DNA from: Chlorokybus atmophyticus
Taxonomy: Eukaryota; Plantae; Mesostigma and Chlorokybus algae
Assembly: GCA_009103225.1 (NCBI GenBank)
Contig: RHPI01002533.1
Coordinates: forward strand, 1,865,186 to 1,929,185
Direction: 5' to 3'
DNA: 64,000 nt
The position numbers and the translations under genes were made by a program. The notes under the pieces are model-generated. The model was not told where the DNA came from. It did not search any database and saw only the letters and a program-made list of their open reading frames with translations. This document shows, piece by piece, positions 51,301 through 63,299 of this stretch. Position 1 is the stretch's first letter. Every line of letters starts with the position of its first letter.

Positions 51301-53562
51301 TGGCTTCTATTCAACTTCTGCCCGGTGAAGATGTTTCGGCGCGGCCGAGACATTGATCCCGCCCAGCGCGAACGGAATGCCACAAAGGCAATAACCTCAG
51401 AAACGACTGTTGAGAAGATACCAATGCCGATGCAGATCACAAGAATAATGAGGAATTGTCCAAGAGGGGCGGTCGGGGTAATGTCTCCGTAGCCCACAGT
51501 GGACATGGTAACTACAGTCAAGTAGACACTGTGATGCCAACAACAATATGTGAGGGGCCACTCGATGACAGCAGCAGCCAATGCGCAAGATACACGAGGA
51601 TGTGTATCACTCACGCACACATTCACGCGCACACACACTGCGCGCTGTGCTACCTGTCATGGAATTGGAATGGGTTGCCTTCACTGTCAGTCTGGAAACC
51701 ACACAATGCACAGAGTGGTTAGTGCTTTGCAGCGCTCTGCTCTGCTACTGTGCAGCAGGCACAGGTATGTTTCAAGAATGCGCTCACCAGGCCGACGGCT
51801 TCGGGCACAAGCTGAGCAAATACCAGCAGGTAAGATGCGAATATGAGTATGATAACCACTGCCATTCCAAAAAGAGCACCAAATTTGTAAATGCGGGCTT
51901 CCTTTGTGTTCTGGACTGCTGGGTCTGGAAGCTGGTGATAGACACTGTACACCGCCCAGAATGGCCTCTGCAAGCGAGCTGCACGGATGAAGTTGAATGC
52001 CGCATTGAACCTTCTGATGCGGCGTCGTCCGATTGGAGATGCTCCCAATGCGATAAATGGCAACAGAAACTGCAACATAAGGTTGCAAGCGTGAGTTGAG
52101 ATGGATGGACATCATGCGACAGCCTCTGATACACAATCCCCACTCAACTGTGCATCATCTTCTCACTACTTACCATGAGAGCGTTCAGAAGGTCAACCAT
52201 GCCTTGAAAGCTGGTAATATAATTTGACTTTTCGCGCTTGCCTGCACCCGCCCGAGCCATCTGCATGCAGCCAGACACTGCTCAGTGTTGGGTTGTGTAC
52301 CATTCGACCTGCAGCGGTTATGTAAAAGAGTACACGCATACCTCCAGTATAAACATGAGAGAGTAAAGCGAGCCTGTGATAATGTCAGAGTACCACAGGA
52401 CGCTGAATTTGTACGCGCGATTGACAAAGTAAGAACCAACTGCAAATAGCACGAAGCCAACCACTGCGATCACAAGCTGCAAAGAAGACGGCTGATGAGT
52501 TTTTGGCGCAAGCGCACATGTGAGGGTGCTTGCGCTTGATTGCATGAGTGTGCACGTGTCTGTGCGCGCACCCGCGTGCACATTGTTGCAGTGCTGCAGA
52601 CAGGTGCTGATGCCAATCAACAAATTACAGAAAGGGGCACTTGCACATGCGAATGCAAACAAGCACATGTACATACATGTGTAACCACGCCATTGCAAAC
52701 AGATGACTCACCCAAACCAGCTTTATGCGGCCATGGTACCGCTCCATCCTGCACGCAATCAACTTTGGCATGGAACATACTAACACAGCAAGCAGCCATA
52801 ACTCATGTTACAAAGACAACAGGTCAAGTTTAATGCTGCACATGCAAACCTAGTAGGACAATGCGTGTGTGACGCAGATACACGCACAAAGAGGTCTATG
52901 CATGCGCACGCACGTCTGCTCACCAATCCAGCAGCCTTTGCAGCCGCAACATGATATTGATATTGGTGACTCCTCGTTGTGAGGAATTCGCGCGATGGCG
53001 GTGGTGAGTGAGAACACGCTTCATACCACGAAAAGTGACGGTATTGCTGTGCCATGACTGTGAACAGAAGACAATCGCACTGTTGAGTACACAATCACGT
53101 GCAGCTGGGAGCGCTAGCACTAAAAACTCCCACTTGCAACCAACACAAGGTGCTGCTTGCCAACAATGTGAGACAGACAGCAAGTGCAACACAGTCAACC
53201 CTATTGAAGCTACAAGCTACACGACAATGACAACTGCTTGCTTGACAACCAATGCAGTAGCACAACAACGAGCATACCCTCTTTGTGGGCCTGGAATCCC
53301 ACAGCTGCTCTCGCCAGACCAGCTCCTGGTGGTGTCGGGCATCATGGGACTCCTCCAGGGCGGCGCCACCCACCTTGTCCTCCGGAAGGACGGGCTCACC
53401 GCTGCGCCGATAGCTGTCGGAGGCAGGCATGGAAGAAGGCAAGCCTTGCTCTTCCCTGTACTCAAGCTCATGCTCCACCTCCGAGGCCTGCGACGCCTGC
53501 GGCAGCTGCTCCGCCGACCCACTTGGCGCCCTGGCAGGCGGGCGACCCCCCCTTTCATCCAT
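48397..53562 (-). CDS. Slo-family (BK/KCNT-like) potassium channel, paralog B
   Basis: Pore VYLTVVTMSTVGYGDITP and S4-like FNFIRAARLQRP. Further motifs: HIVIVG, CIEEFKANMLASNAICPG, FLEGSPLRFVDLERARA, FAAGMVYS and KRLPYVSTNP..DRIFVL. Stop TAG at 48397-48399. The exon layout largely matches paralog A. Confidence 0.9.
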
Positions 53563-54270
53563 GTTCTCAATGCAATGCTTCTCACATCACCGCCGACGCC
53601 CAGGCTGAGAAGCAGGTAGCAGGCAGCTTGCAACTACTGGTCAGCGTCAGTGTCCCAGCAATGCTGCCCCACTGACACGCACCCGCACTCTACCACCTCC
53701 AGCAGCAAGAATGCACACAATCAAGCTAGCCAGCAGCACGCTACACTGAATTCAGCGCTCAGTGCCCCACCACCACCACCTCCTCTGCCTCCTCCTCCTC
53801 GTCCTCTTCCGCCGCCGCCGCTGCGGCAGCTGCACGCAGGTGATGTGCCCAAACAAACTTGCGGCATGCATGCGTGGACCTTTGAAAACTCTGAGTTCAA
53901 AGGCCGGTTTACGCGCCTTTCAAAAAACGTAAGCAATGCCTTCCGTTTAGCGTCCTTGCATATTATCTTAGACTTGAACTCAGAATTTTCATAGGCTTTG
54001 TCTGTACTGTCCAGCGTGGAAATCCGCGGGGAGCGTTTCTGTGTCTTTTAGGAACGCTGCCTCCGGAAACATGCATGTCCTTTGCATGTCTCTTCCTCAT
54101 GAGCGGAAAATGCAAGGTGGATCTATGGAGTCCACGGTGCTTTGTGGTGCGCTGTGGATTTCGCACGGATCGCATTGATTGTGCTGCACCCCAATCCCTC
54201 AATGCGATCTGTGCTGCAGTGAGCAGGACTGTGAACGGCACGTGAGACTGGCAGGTACATGTACCATGTA

Positions 54271-54740
54271 CAGTCTACCCTCGCTAAGAGCATACTGTTT
54301 GTCCCCATCAATCGTATGCTCTTGGCGAGGACATGCTCTTGGCGTTTGAGAGAATAACATCCTCTTGGATGTCAAGAGTATATATGGGCTATAAACGCGG
54401 TTTCATCACGTCCGTCACGTTTATTGCGTCACGCGCATCACGGTACGCCCCGTCGCGCCATTACGCCCATCACGCTGGTGCGCGTCAAACCTTGCCCATC
54501 ATGCCCTAATTGTCACGCTCATCACGCCTTATGCCACATCCGTCACGTCTCCTCCCCTCGATATTGGGAATAAACACACTAAAACTTGCAAGAATTTCAC
54601 GAAAAACAAATATGCTCTTCGCGGTTAGTCATATTCTCTTATGCACCAACATTTGCCTGTAAAACCATTTGTAATTGCACATTCTATTTGATAAGCGGGG
54701 TTATTCTCTTGGAGCGAAGTCTCTTAGCGGAGGTAGACTG
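54271..54740 (+). mobile_element. MITE family A, copy 2 (470 bp, pogo/Tigger-like)
   Basis: TA|CAGTCTACCCTCGCTAAGAG ... CTCTTAGCGGAGGTAGACTG|TA gives 18/20-nt TIRs with a TA duplication. There is no ORF. Confidence 0.85.
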
Positions 54741-54748
54741 TAGTCACG

Positions 54749-54871
54749 AGGGGGGGCTTGCGTAAAAAATGCCTTTTCACGGGCAAAAATACGCCGTAAT
54801 ACAAGCCCCACGGACAAAGAAGGGTGGGGGGCTCATGTTAAAAGGGAGGGCTTTCGTACGAGTAAATACGG
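54749..54871 (+). mobile_element. Right end of a pogo/Tc2-like DNA transposon
   Basis: It ends gggctttcgtacgagtaaatacgg|TA. The reverse complement TA|CCGTATTTACTCG is typical of this class. No partner left end was found. Confidence 0.4.
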
Positions 54872-56571
54872 TAATTAAGCCCGATACATCTGTTCAGCAA
54901 TGATGCGACATGCTGTCAATGTCATTTAATGATGGTTACAGCAATTTCATCGAATATGAGTTTATTACATGTATGCACATATACTTACGTACAAATAAGT
55001 ATCATATGCAATTTTATGGATTTGACTAAGTGGTACATAACAAACGATCAGTGTATACGATGTGTTGCGCATGTGCAAATTGAATGATATAAGCTTGCAT
55101 GTGATTATCATATGGTACTCCATATTATGGAATTAATGGATGGCAAAACTATTGCAGAATACACAATACAATAATACGAAATATATGAACATCATTAATC
55201 TTTGCATAATTATATCGATGTGTAAGTACAAGGGAGCTATAGGTTTTTCCTCTTGGTACATGCGCCTTTCAAGCAATCACAACACTTTTGCATGCATATC
55301 ATGGCAAGTATACTCCACCCACTTAATTGGTGTATTGCCATTCCATGTCAAGACATGACATGGCAATACATTAAATAATAATTATCATAAATTTGTCCAA
55401 CAGCAACCGTGATTATGATATAAAACATGCTATAACAAAGGGTTAAATTCGTTTTAAAAAAGCTGAAATTGGATTAATAATACGGCATTATTAGCTATGC
55501 ATTCAATATTGCATAACTTTCACAGATCACTTATGCGACGCTCTTTTAGCGTATGCAAGGGGGGTCGTATAATGTCATATTTGTGAAGTAACACGTCAGT
55601 TGGTACTAGCTCATGGATGAATAATTATAAATGCAATTGTAGTGCATAAGATATGAAGATGATAACATGCGATTATTCTTATCATACATAACTAGACAAG
55701 TACTGCTTTGTAGGACAAAACTTGATCATTTTTCACCAGCAGACGCCCTGCGGCTTTTTATCAATTCTGAAGCAACATTCTTACAACTTGTGTGCACACC
55801 AAGGATCTCTTTTATGACGGAAAGAAGACACTCGTGCGATTAGGGTCGTTGAAAACCTTTGCAGAAGTTTTGTCTTTCGAGTAGGATTTTACCAAGCTTT
55901 ATGGGAAGGAGAGAGTTGCGGTTGCGGATGAAGCGGCTACTCTCGCAGCGGCTGCAAGCCACGATGCCGCCAGCCGCGCATTCAACTTGCATGCAAGCTC
56001 ACAAACAATTGATCATGAGTTCTATCGAGACCTGTAATATGTTGTAATGACACTCAAGATTCGCTCGTCAGGGCTGTTTTGCGAGCATTGGTTAATGCGT
56101 TGCATATGGGCTTTGCTGGTACGCATACACAAAGTGAAACATGTGTAGGGTGCAGTAGACTGCAGCAATGCAGCACATGCGTAATGTATCAACAACGCTA
56201 CAAACTGAAGGTGCCTTGATTGGGTCAGTAATTTCCTTGCATATCATCCCTGCCCTAGTAGGCGGGCTATTAGCCATACAAGCAGCGCAATACCTTTCCT
56301 GGAATGCACAGAAACCAACTTTTTCAATTTGTGCATGCAGAATTGCTGAGTCTTTATTTAAGCCAAGTTGACTTTGCCATTTGCTATTGAAACCGCAACT
56401 TTTTAATAGGGAAAGCATGCAGCAAGCAAGCAAACCGTTACTAGTGTAACAAATAGCAAGCTTAGGAAACATTGGTTTCGTGCAGCACCTTTTTCTTGCC
56501 TGATGTGTGCGATAATACATGCCATGCACAGAATGATCGCAAAGGGGTGCAAATGGGTCCGTGATGATGCC

Positions 56572-58275
56572 GAGTGCAGGCGATGCAAAGAGCAGGAAGA
56601 GCCGGGCGCACTCAGCCGGGAAGGTGCGCGGCTGCGGGTTTTGTAGTATACTTTGTGATGGGTGTGTGCTTGCGCATGCGTATATGTATGTGCGCTTGCG
56701 TGTGCACGTGTATGTGCATGTGTGCGTGCGCATGTATGTGTGTGTGCGTGTGCGTGTAAGTGTGTGCTGATGACACCACTCATAGGTGCTATCGCTTGTA
56801 TTCGCAAGAGGTGTACAAGACCGAACTCCCCGTCGCCACCGTCCCCGAGATCCAGCGCACCACCCTCGAGGGCGTGGTGCTGTACCTTAAGACGCTCAGC
56901 ATCTCCAACGTCCTCTCCTTTGAGTTCCTCGACGCCCCCGAGACGTCCGCCCTCGAGGAGGCCCTCAAGCACCTCTACGCCCTGGACGCCATAGACGCAG
57001 AGACGGGGTTGTGGTTAATGTTGGCAACGCTATGGCTGAACTCCGGCTTGAACCACCTCTCGCGTGTGCGATAATAGAGGCGTGCACACTTGATTGTGTG
57101 TAGCGGACGCCATCACGATTGCAGCAGTGTGCTCTACCGAGAGTGTGTTTATGGGTTCTTCCGGGAGGAGAGGAGACAAAAGAGGGGGTGAAGGACGAGC
57201 AAACAACATAAGACAGATGCAAGATCAGCGTGATCCAGAGTTGCCAACGGGTCAGGACTGGGTGACCACATACAGTTGTTGGCGGTGTATAACGCGTGGG
57301 AGCGCGCGGGGTTCGACAACAAGTGGTGCCGACACATGCATCTGCAGACGCGGTCCGTGCGATTCGCTGTCAACGTGAGGCAACAGCTGGCACAGGTCGT
57401 GGGCAAGTACAAAGACAAGGATGACACGGATGAGTGAAGTGATGAGAGACAGGGGTGAGAGGGATAGGGGGAGGAAGAGGGATAGGGAGAGTAGGTTGGG
57501 TAGTGGTTATAAGGATGTCGATAGGCACACTGCCGTGTGCAGAGCGCTCTGCGTTGGGTTTGCCAGCAGGCTTGCGCACAGTCTGCCGCGACACAACGGG
57601 TACAAGACGCTGGCGGACAGCCCTGTCCTCGTGCAGGTGCGTGCATAGCAAGGTGCATGTGTGAGTTGGTGTGCGCATATGTGAGGGTGTCCCAAACTCC
57701 TGTGTGTCATGGTCAGGTCCACCCGTCGAGAGCGGAGCTGGCGGCGGATGAAGATGGCCTCATGCCGAAATGGGTACTATATCAGGAGCTCGTCGCAACA
57801 GCGAGACCGTTCATGAGACAGGCGCAAACACAGCGTGCATGTGTGTTTGAGTGGATGCGTGCAAGCGTATGCACGTGTGCGCTTGCAAGTGTGTACGTAT
57901 GCGCGTGTGTGTGTCCGTGCATGCGCGTATGGGTATGTGTGTGCACGTGTACACTTACAGCGCCATGCTGCAAACACATTGCACTCCGGGCAGGTGTGTG
58001 TGGTGAAGGGCAAGTGGGTCGAGCCTCTCCTGCGCAAGATGCCCGGCGTGGACATGGACAGGTTGAGCGGACGCGCATCCCGCAGAAAACGGGCTGCCGC
58101 TGCTGCTGCGAGTCTGATCGAAGCGCCTCTCGCGGACGGGTCCACACGCATCACCTCACAACCTCCTTCTGCGCAAGCGACAAATGTTGTTCGTGCCGCG
58201 GCAGCGCGGGAGCGGTTTCTACAAGGGAGAGCGGATAAGAAGGTCATTGCCACACCCGCCAGCAAGAAGCAGTAA
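56572..58275 (+). pseudogene. 5'-truncated, frameshifted DEAH-box RNA helicase (plant DEAH4 / DHX40-like)
   Basis: Motifs seen: QRAGRAGRTQPG|RCYRLY, VPEIQRTTLEGVVLYLK, MAELRLEPPL, GLGDHIQLL, ALCVGFASRLA..HNGYKTL and VQ|VHPS. Frameshifts lie at about 57000, 57098, 57245 and 57430. No Walker A or DEAH exons were seen upstream. Introns are retained. Confidence 0.8.
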
Positions 58276-59609
58276 GGTTGGGGAACTGTGGTTTGGGTTT
58301 GTTGGCTAGCGAGATGTGGAGTGATGGTGGCGTGTTGAGTCATAGCAACGCAGCGTTGCGGGCAGTTGTGGTATCGTCATCTGGCTTGTGGTTGATTGCG
58401 TTTATGCACGTTTATATGGTGACATACGTGCATGCATGTGGACAGAGTTGATGCCTTTCTTAGCAGGCAAGCACCTGCATAGGTAACGTGCGCGTGCACA
58501 GATAAATCAGCAAGTTCGAAATGTGTGGAAGCGGGCTCGCTTTGAGAGCCCGCTTCCAGCACATCGTGCTTGTGATTGTTAGACTACCGTCGTTGTACAC
58601 TATGCAAACCCAATGCAACGTTCTGCGTGCACCCAAGTTGCAAGACTTCCCTTCAACCCAAGCTGTGTTGTTCCATTTGTCCCACATGCTGTGCGGCACA
58701 ATGCAGCATACCATTGCCAGTGTGCCAGACTCTTGTGCACTGGCAATTGTACCCGGTCCACTTGAGTGCAAGCAAACATGCTGCGGTACTTTTATTTAGT
58801 AACTAGGCAGCAGTTTTTTTGTCTGGGGCACGCTTTTGCATCTGGCATAGTGTACCCCGCCTGATGTCATCTCTTACTACGCGGTCACACTTTAGCATGA
58901 TTCATCATGAACTGTTCATGTGTGCCCCCCCTGGCAGGCACACGCAAGCGCAGCGCATCTGGTATTTGTGAACATGAACAACCAAGGCAGCAGCTTGCTC
59001 TTGCCTGCGTTGTGGCTTGCATCCACATGCAATCAGTCGCGTCACATCTGCTCAAGTGCTTGAGATTCCCTTCAGTGATCTCTAAGCCAATGGTTAACAT
59101 CGCAACGAATAGAGAAGTTGTCCAGCAACTTGCATAACTGGCATACAACTGGGCATGGCCTGCACATGTTGTGCGGACTCGGTGCCTCTCTTGTGCAAAG
59201 CTTGTCTCTGTCCATGCCTACACCATGGCGGAGTAAGCACAAAGGAGACACAACTCCTGCTGATAAACAATTTGAGCTTGCGAGCGTGTGTAGCATGGAT
59301 GTCCTTTCCATAGCATGGCTGCTCGAGCAGTGATGCGGTGATGGGATGAACTTGTGAATGATTGAAAAGATCTGGTGCTCGCATGGTATTCATGCAAGCA
59401 TAGTAAGAAGGCGACCCTTATGACTCGTCCCTTGTGGACAAAGCTGAGGACTGATTTGCAAGGCAACTGAGGCCATTTGTGTGTTGGTATGCGGGTGCCT
59501 GGGCTTTATGAGGTTGAGTATAGTTATGCTCAATGAAGTGCTACCCCCCGGGGGGAAGAAGGGAACCCCGCCACTCTTGCTTCTGCTTCTGCTTCTGCTG
59601 CTGCGCGCG

Positions 59610-60068
<459 letters not shown>

Positions 60069-60454
60069 GCCCGTAATATGCGCCACCTCGCACTTGAAAC
60101 AATGACATCTCACATGTGGCGGAAAAATGCGAGAGACAGAAAGCAATCAATCCCCATGCAAGGCTGCACCAACGATTGACTCAAAACGCAGCGTCACTGC
60201 TACCAACAACTTTGCACATACGCAATACATGCAACCAACATTTCGCTGTACTGCCCATGACCTCGCACCACTCCGCAGTCGTTGCATCTCATATCACTAC
60301 CATATCGTCTGATGTTATTGCCCATCACCAGCCGCACGGGTTTCACGACACATCCATACCAATTCAGAGTTGTCCTGCAGCACACAGTTCGCTCTCAGGG
60401 ACTGCTACGAACTACTGGGGTATACCGACAGCAAGGTGTGACAAGGTACTAACC

Positions 60455-63299
60455 TCACACTTTGTAGTTCAGAGACTCCATTTCTTCCTCGCATTGCTTG
60501 TCGTCAACCAACTGACGCAATGCAATCTCAGCTTTTTCGGAAGGCTGTGTGCCAGCTCGGACCAGCTCAACCAGCCAGTATACGCCCTTAGCCTCACCGA
60601 TTGAGCGCCTGCTCGCTGTGTCAGTAGTTGCGACACTGCCCAGTGCAGATGCAGCCTCGGCCTTGCTGTTGTCCGTGCCGGAGCGCAACAGTTCAACCAG
60701 CAGGGGTATGGCTCCGGCCTCGCGGATACGGCGCGAGCAGTAGCCCCGCTGGTCGCTCTCAGCACCATCATGTGCGACATTGCCAAGTGCACGTGCAGCC
60801 TGGGCCTTGTCGTCGTCCGTGCCGGAGCGCAACAGCTCAACCAGCAGAGGTAATCCTCCAGCATCACAGATTGAGCGCCTGCTCTTTGTGTCAGTCAATG
60901 CAACACTGCCCAGCGCGCGTGCAGCCCAGGCCTTGCTGTCACCCGTGCCAGACTGCAACAGCTTAACCAGCAGGGGAATGCCTCCGGCCTCGCGGATTGA
61001 GCGCCTGCTCTCTGTGTCAGTGGATGCGACATTGCTCAGTGCACGTGTAGCCTGGGCCTTGCCGTCGGTAGTGCCGAAATGCAACAGCGCAACCAACAGG
61101 AGTATTCCTTTGGCCTCACGGATCAAGTGTCTGCTCTCAATATCACTGGTTGTGATATTGGCCAATGCATGTGCAGCCTTGGCCTTGCCGTCGTCTGTGC
61201 CGGAGTGCAACAGCACAACCAACGGGGGTATCCCTTCAGCCTTACGAATCAAGCTCCTGCTCTCATCCTCACACGCGACATTGCCCAATGCAAGTGCAGC
61301 TTGCGCCTTGCCATCGGCCGTGCCGAATTGCAGCAGGGCAACCAACGCGGCTATCCCATCCTCCTTTCCGGCTACACGGATCAAGCGTCTGCTCTCAACA
61401 TCTGTGGAAGTGACATACGCCAATGCCCGTGCAGCCTGGGCCTTGCTGTCGTGCGTGCCGGAGCGCAACAGCGCAACCAATGCAGGTATCCCATCCTCCT
61501 TTTCGGCCACACGGATTAAGCTTCTACTCTCAACATCAGTGAGTGCGATATTGGCCAATGCCCGTGCAGCCCAGCCCTTGCTGTCGTCCATGCCGGAGCG
61601 CAACAGCGCAACCAACAAAGGTATCCCTTTAGCCTCGCATATTGAGCGCCTGCTCTCGGGATCGACATCTGCAACAATGGCCAGTGCATGTGCAGCCTCG
61701 GCCTTGCCAACAACATCAGCGCCAGATTGCAACAGCGCAAGCAGTGGCGGTATCGCCTCGCGGATCAGCTCCTTTACCTCCACATCTTCTTGAACTGCTC
61801 CATTCTCCGCATCCTCGAGTAGGCATACCAATGCTCGTGCCGCACCCTCTTTGCTGTCTGACAGGCCGGCGCGGAGTTTCTTGACCACTTTTGCAATCTG
61901 GTTGCTGACACTGCCGGCTGGAGCAGCCCCGCCTCGCTCTCCTGTACTGCTCTCAAGGCGTTGCAGTACGGACGGAGATACGGACTCGGGGCGCTGAGCA
62001 ACAATCTCCTGCAACAGAGCCATTGCTTCGGGGTGCTGTAACGCACGAAGCCCTTCATCCGTCTGCGCTACGCCCTCAAGAGCGGTAGCAGCCACTTTCA
62101 TGGCAGAGGGCAATCCCAGTTCCAATGTCCGGAGCAGCGGCATCACGAAAGCATCAGCACCCTGCCGTTGATGTATACCGTTTACCCAGCTGAACTCTTT
62201 GTATATGTCGCTGGCTACTGCATCCAGGTCCACGCCTTCCACTGCATCGTGAGACGCACTGGTGGCAGCCTTGACTGGCGGCTGTAATTTGATGCTTTGC
62301 AGAAGACTGCCTTCACCCGAGATACTGCTGGTGCCTGCCATTGCACAAGTGTCAGACACCAACACGAACACGTGGAACTGCAGCAAGCTCAGCGTAAGTA
62401 CCTGGCAATGCCGCGATTGCCGTAGCTGTTGCGCGCAGTGGCTCAGCCACGCGTTTCAACCAAGCCAAAGCTGGGATGTATCGCGCATATGTGACGAACC
62501 CCTCCGCTTCCAGCAACTTCACAATCTCCTGGACCTCTTCCTGTACCGCGTTCAGAATGTCATGGTTGTCTGTCGCACCTACGACCATGTCTTTGATGGT
62601 CATCACCATAATGCGGACAGCCTTGAAGGGGAAACGCTGCGAGTACTCTCTGTCTTTGGCAAACTCATCGGCCGCAACGAGCAACCTTGCTGGTTCAATA
62701 GTAGTAAGATTGCTGTAGCAGGCTGCCCGGTAGACGTCATCGTGGCTGTGCGAGTATTCAATGTAGAGATTGGTATACGCCAGCAGGTTGCGTTGGAATT
62801 GCAACAGATCCTGCCGTTCAACAAGGTTGATAATATCGTTGCCAACTTGTTCCACTGCCTGCCGCACCTCGTTGAGCGCAGTGGTTTGGCGAAGTGACGC
62901 TTGCTCAATCTGCAGACTGATATCGTGGCTCATGTTTTCCAACTCCTTTTTAAGCTTGTTGTTGTCTTGTTCTCTTGCTGCCTCCCAGCGCTTGAATGTG
63001 TTTTTGACGTTTTTGTCTATGGCGTCCAGCGCTTGGTTGACCAGCTCGTATTGCTGCGCTGCTTCAAGCTGTTTGTGCGCCGTGTAGAGGCGCACGGCGA
63101 GGTCTCCAAACCCGAGCACGATGCCAGCGGCGCTCATGGCGATGGAGAGCGCCCCACCTGTGGCGATGTTGCCGACGATGCTGCTTACTACGGCACCCGC
63201 GACCTTGGCTGCCATGCCGTCTCCAGACACAGTCTTCTTGGCTGCTTCGAGAACCTCCATTGACGGACCTTCGTCAGGGGCAGCCTTTGGCTGCGGCAT
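60455..63299 (-). CDS. Armadillo-repeat protein with a roughly 300-aa N-terminal helical domain of unknown family, 2 coding exons
   Basis: ORFs 62352-63482 and 60455-62386 join through a 67-nt phase-1 GT-AG intron (62401-62335): AIAALP-G-TSSISGEG. The likely ATG is 63299. There are about 11 ARM repeats of the GIPxLVxLLxSGTxDxKAxAAxALxNxA type. Confidence 0.88.
60590..61756 (-). repeat. Nine near-identical coding ARM repeat units of about 126-135 nt
   Basis: DNA-level units recur, e.g. gccttgctgt(c/t)gtccgtgccggagcgcaacag and gagcgcctgctc. The array has no introns. Confidence 0.9.

Noticed and set aside
55840-56030. Coding-like remnant (KTFAEVLSFE*DFTKLYGKERVAVADE...)
   Set aside because: It has an internal stop, no recognisable family, and is not the missing helicase N-terminus.
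58900-59450. Possible second hAT remnant (LVFVNMN on +; LEITEGNLKHLSRCD on -)
   Set aside because: The hints are short and on opposite strands, which is too weak to call.
60590-61756. CRISPR-like repeat/spacer reading of the periodic DNA
   Set aside because: The units are in-frame coding ARM repeats with homologous interiors. There are no unique spacers or cas genes.
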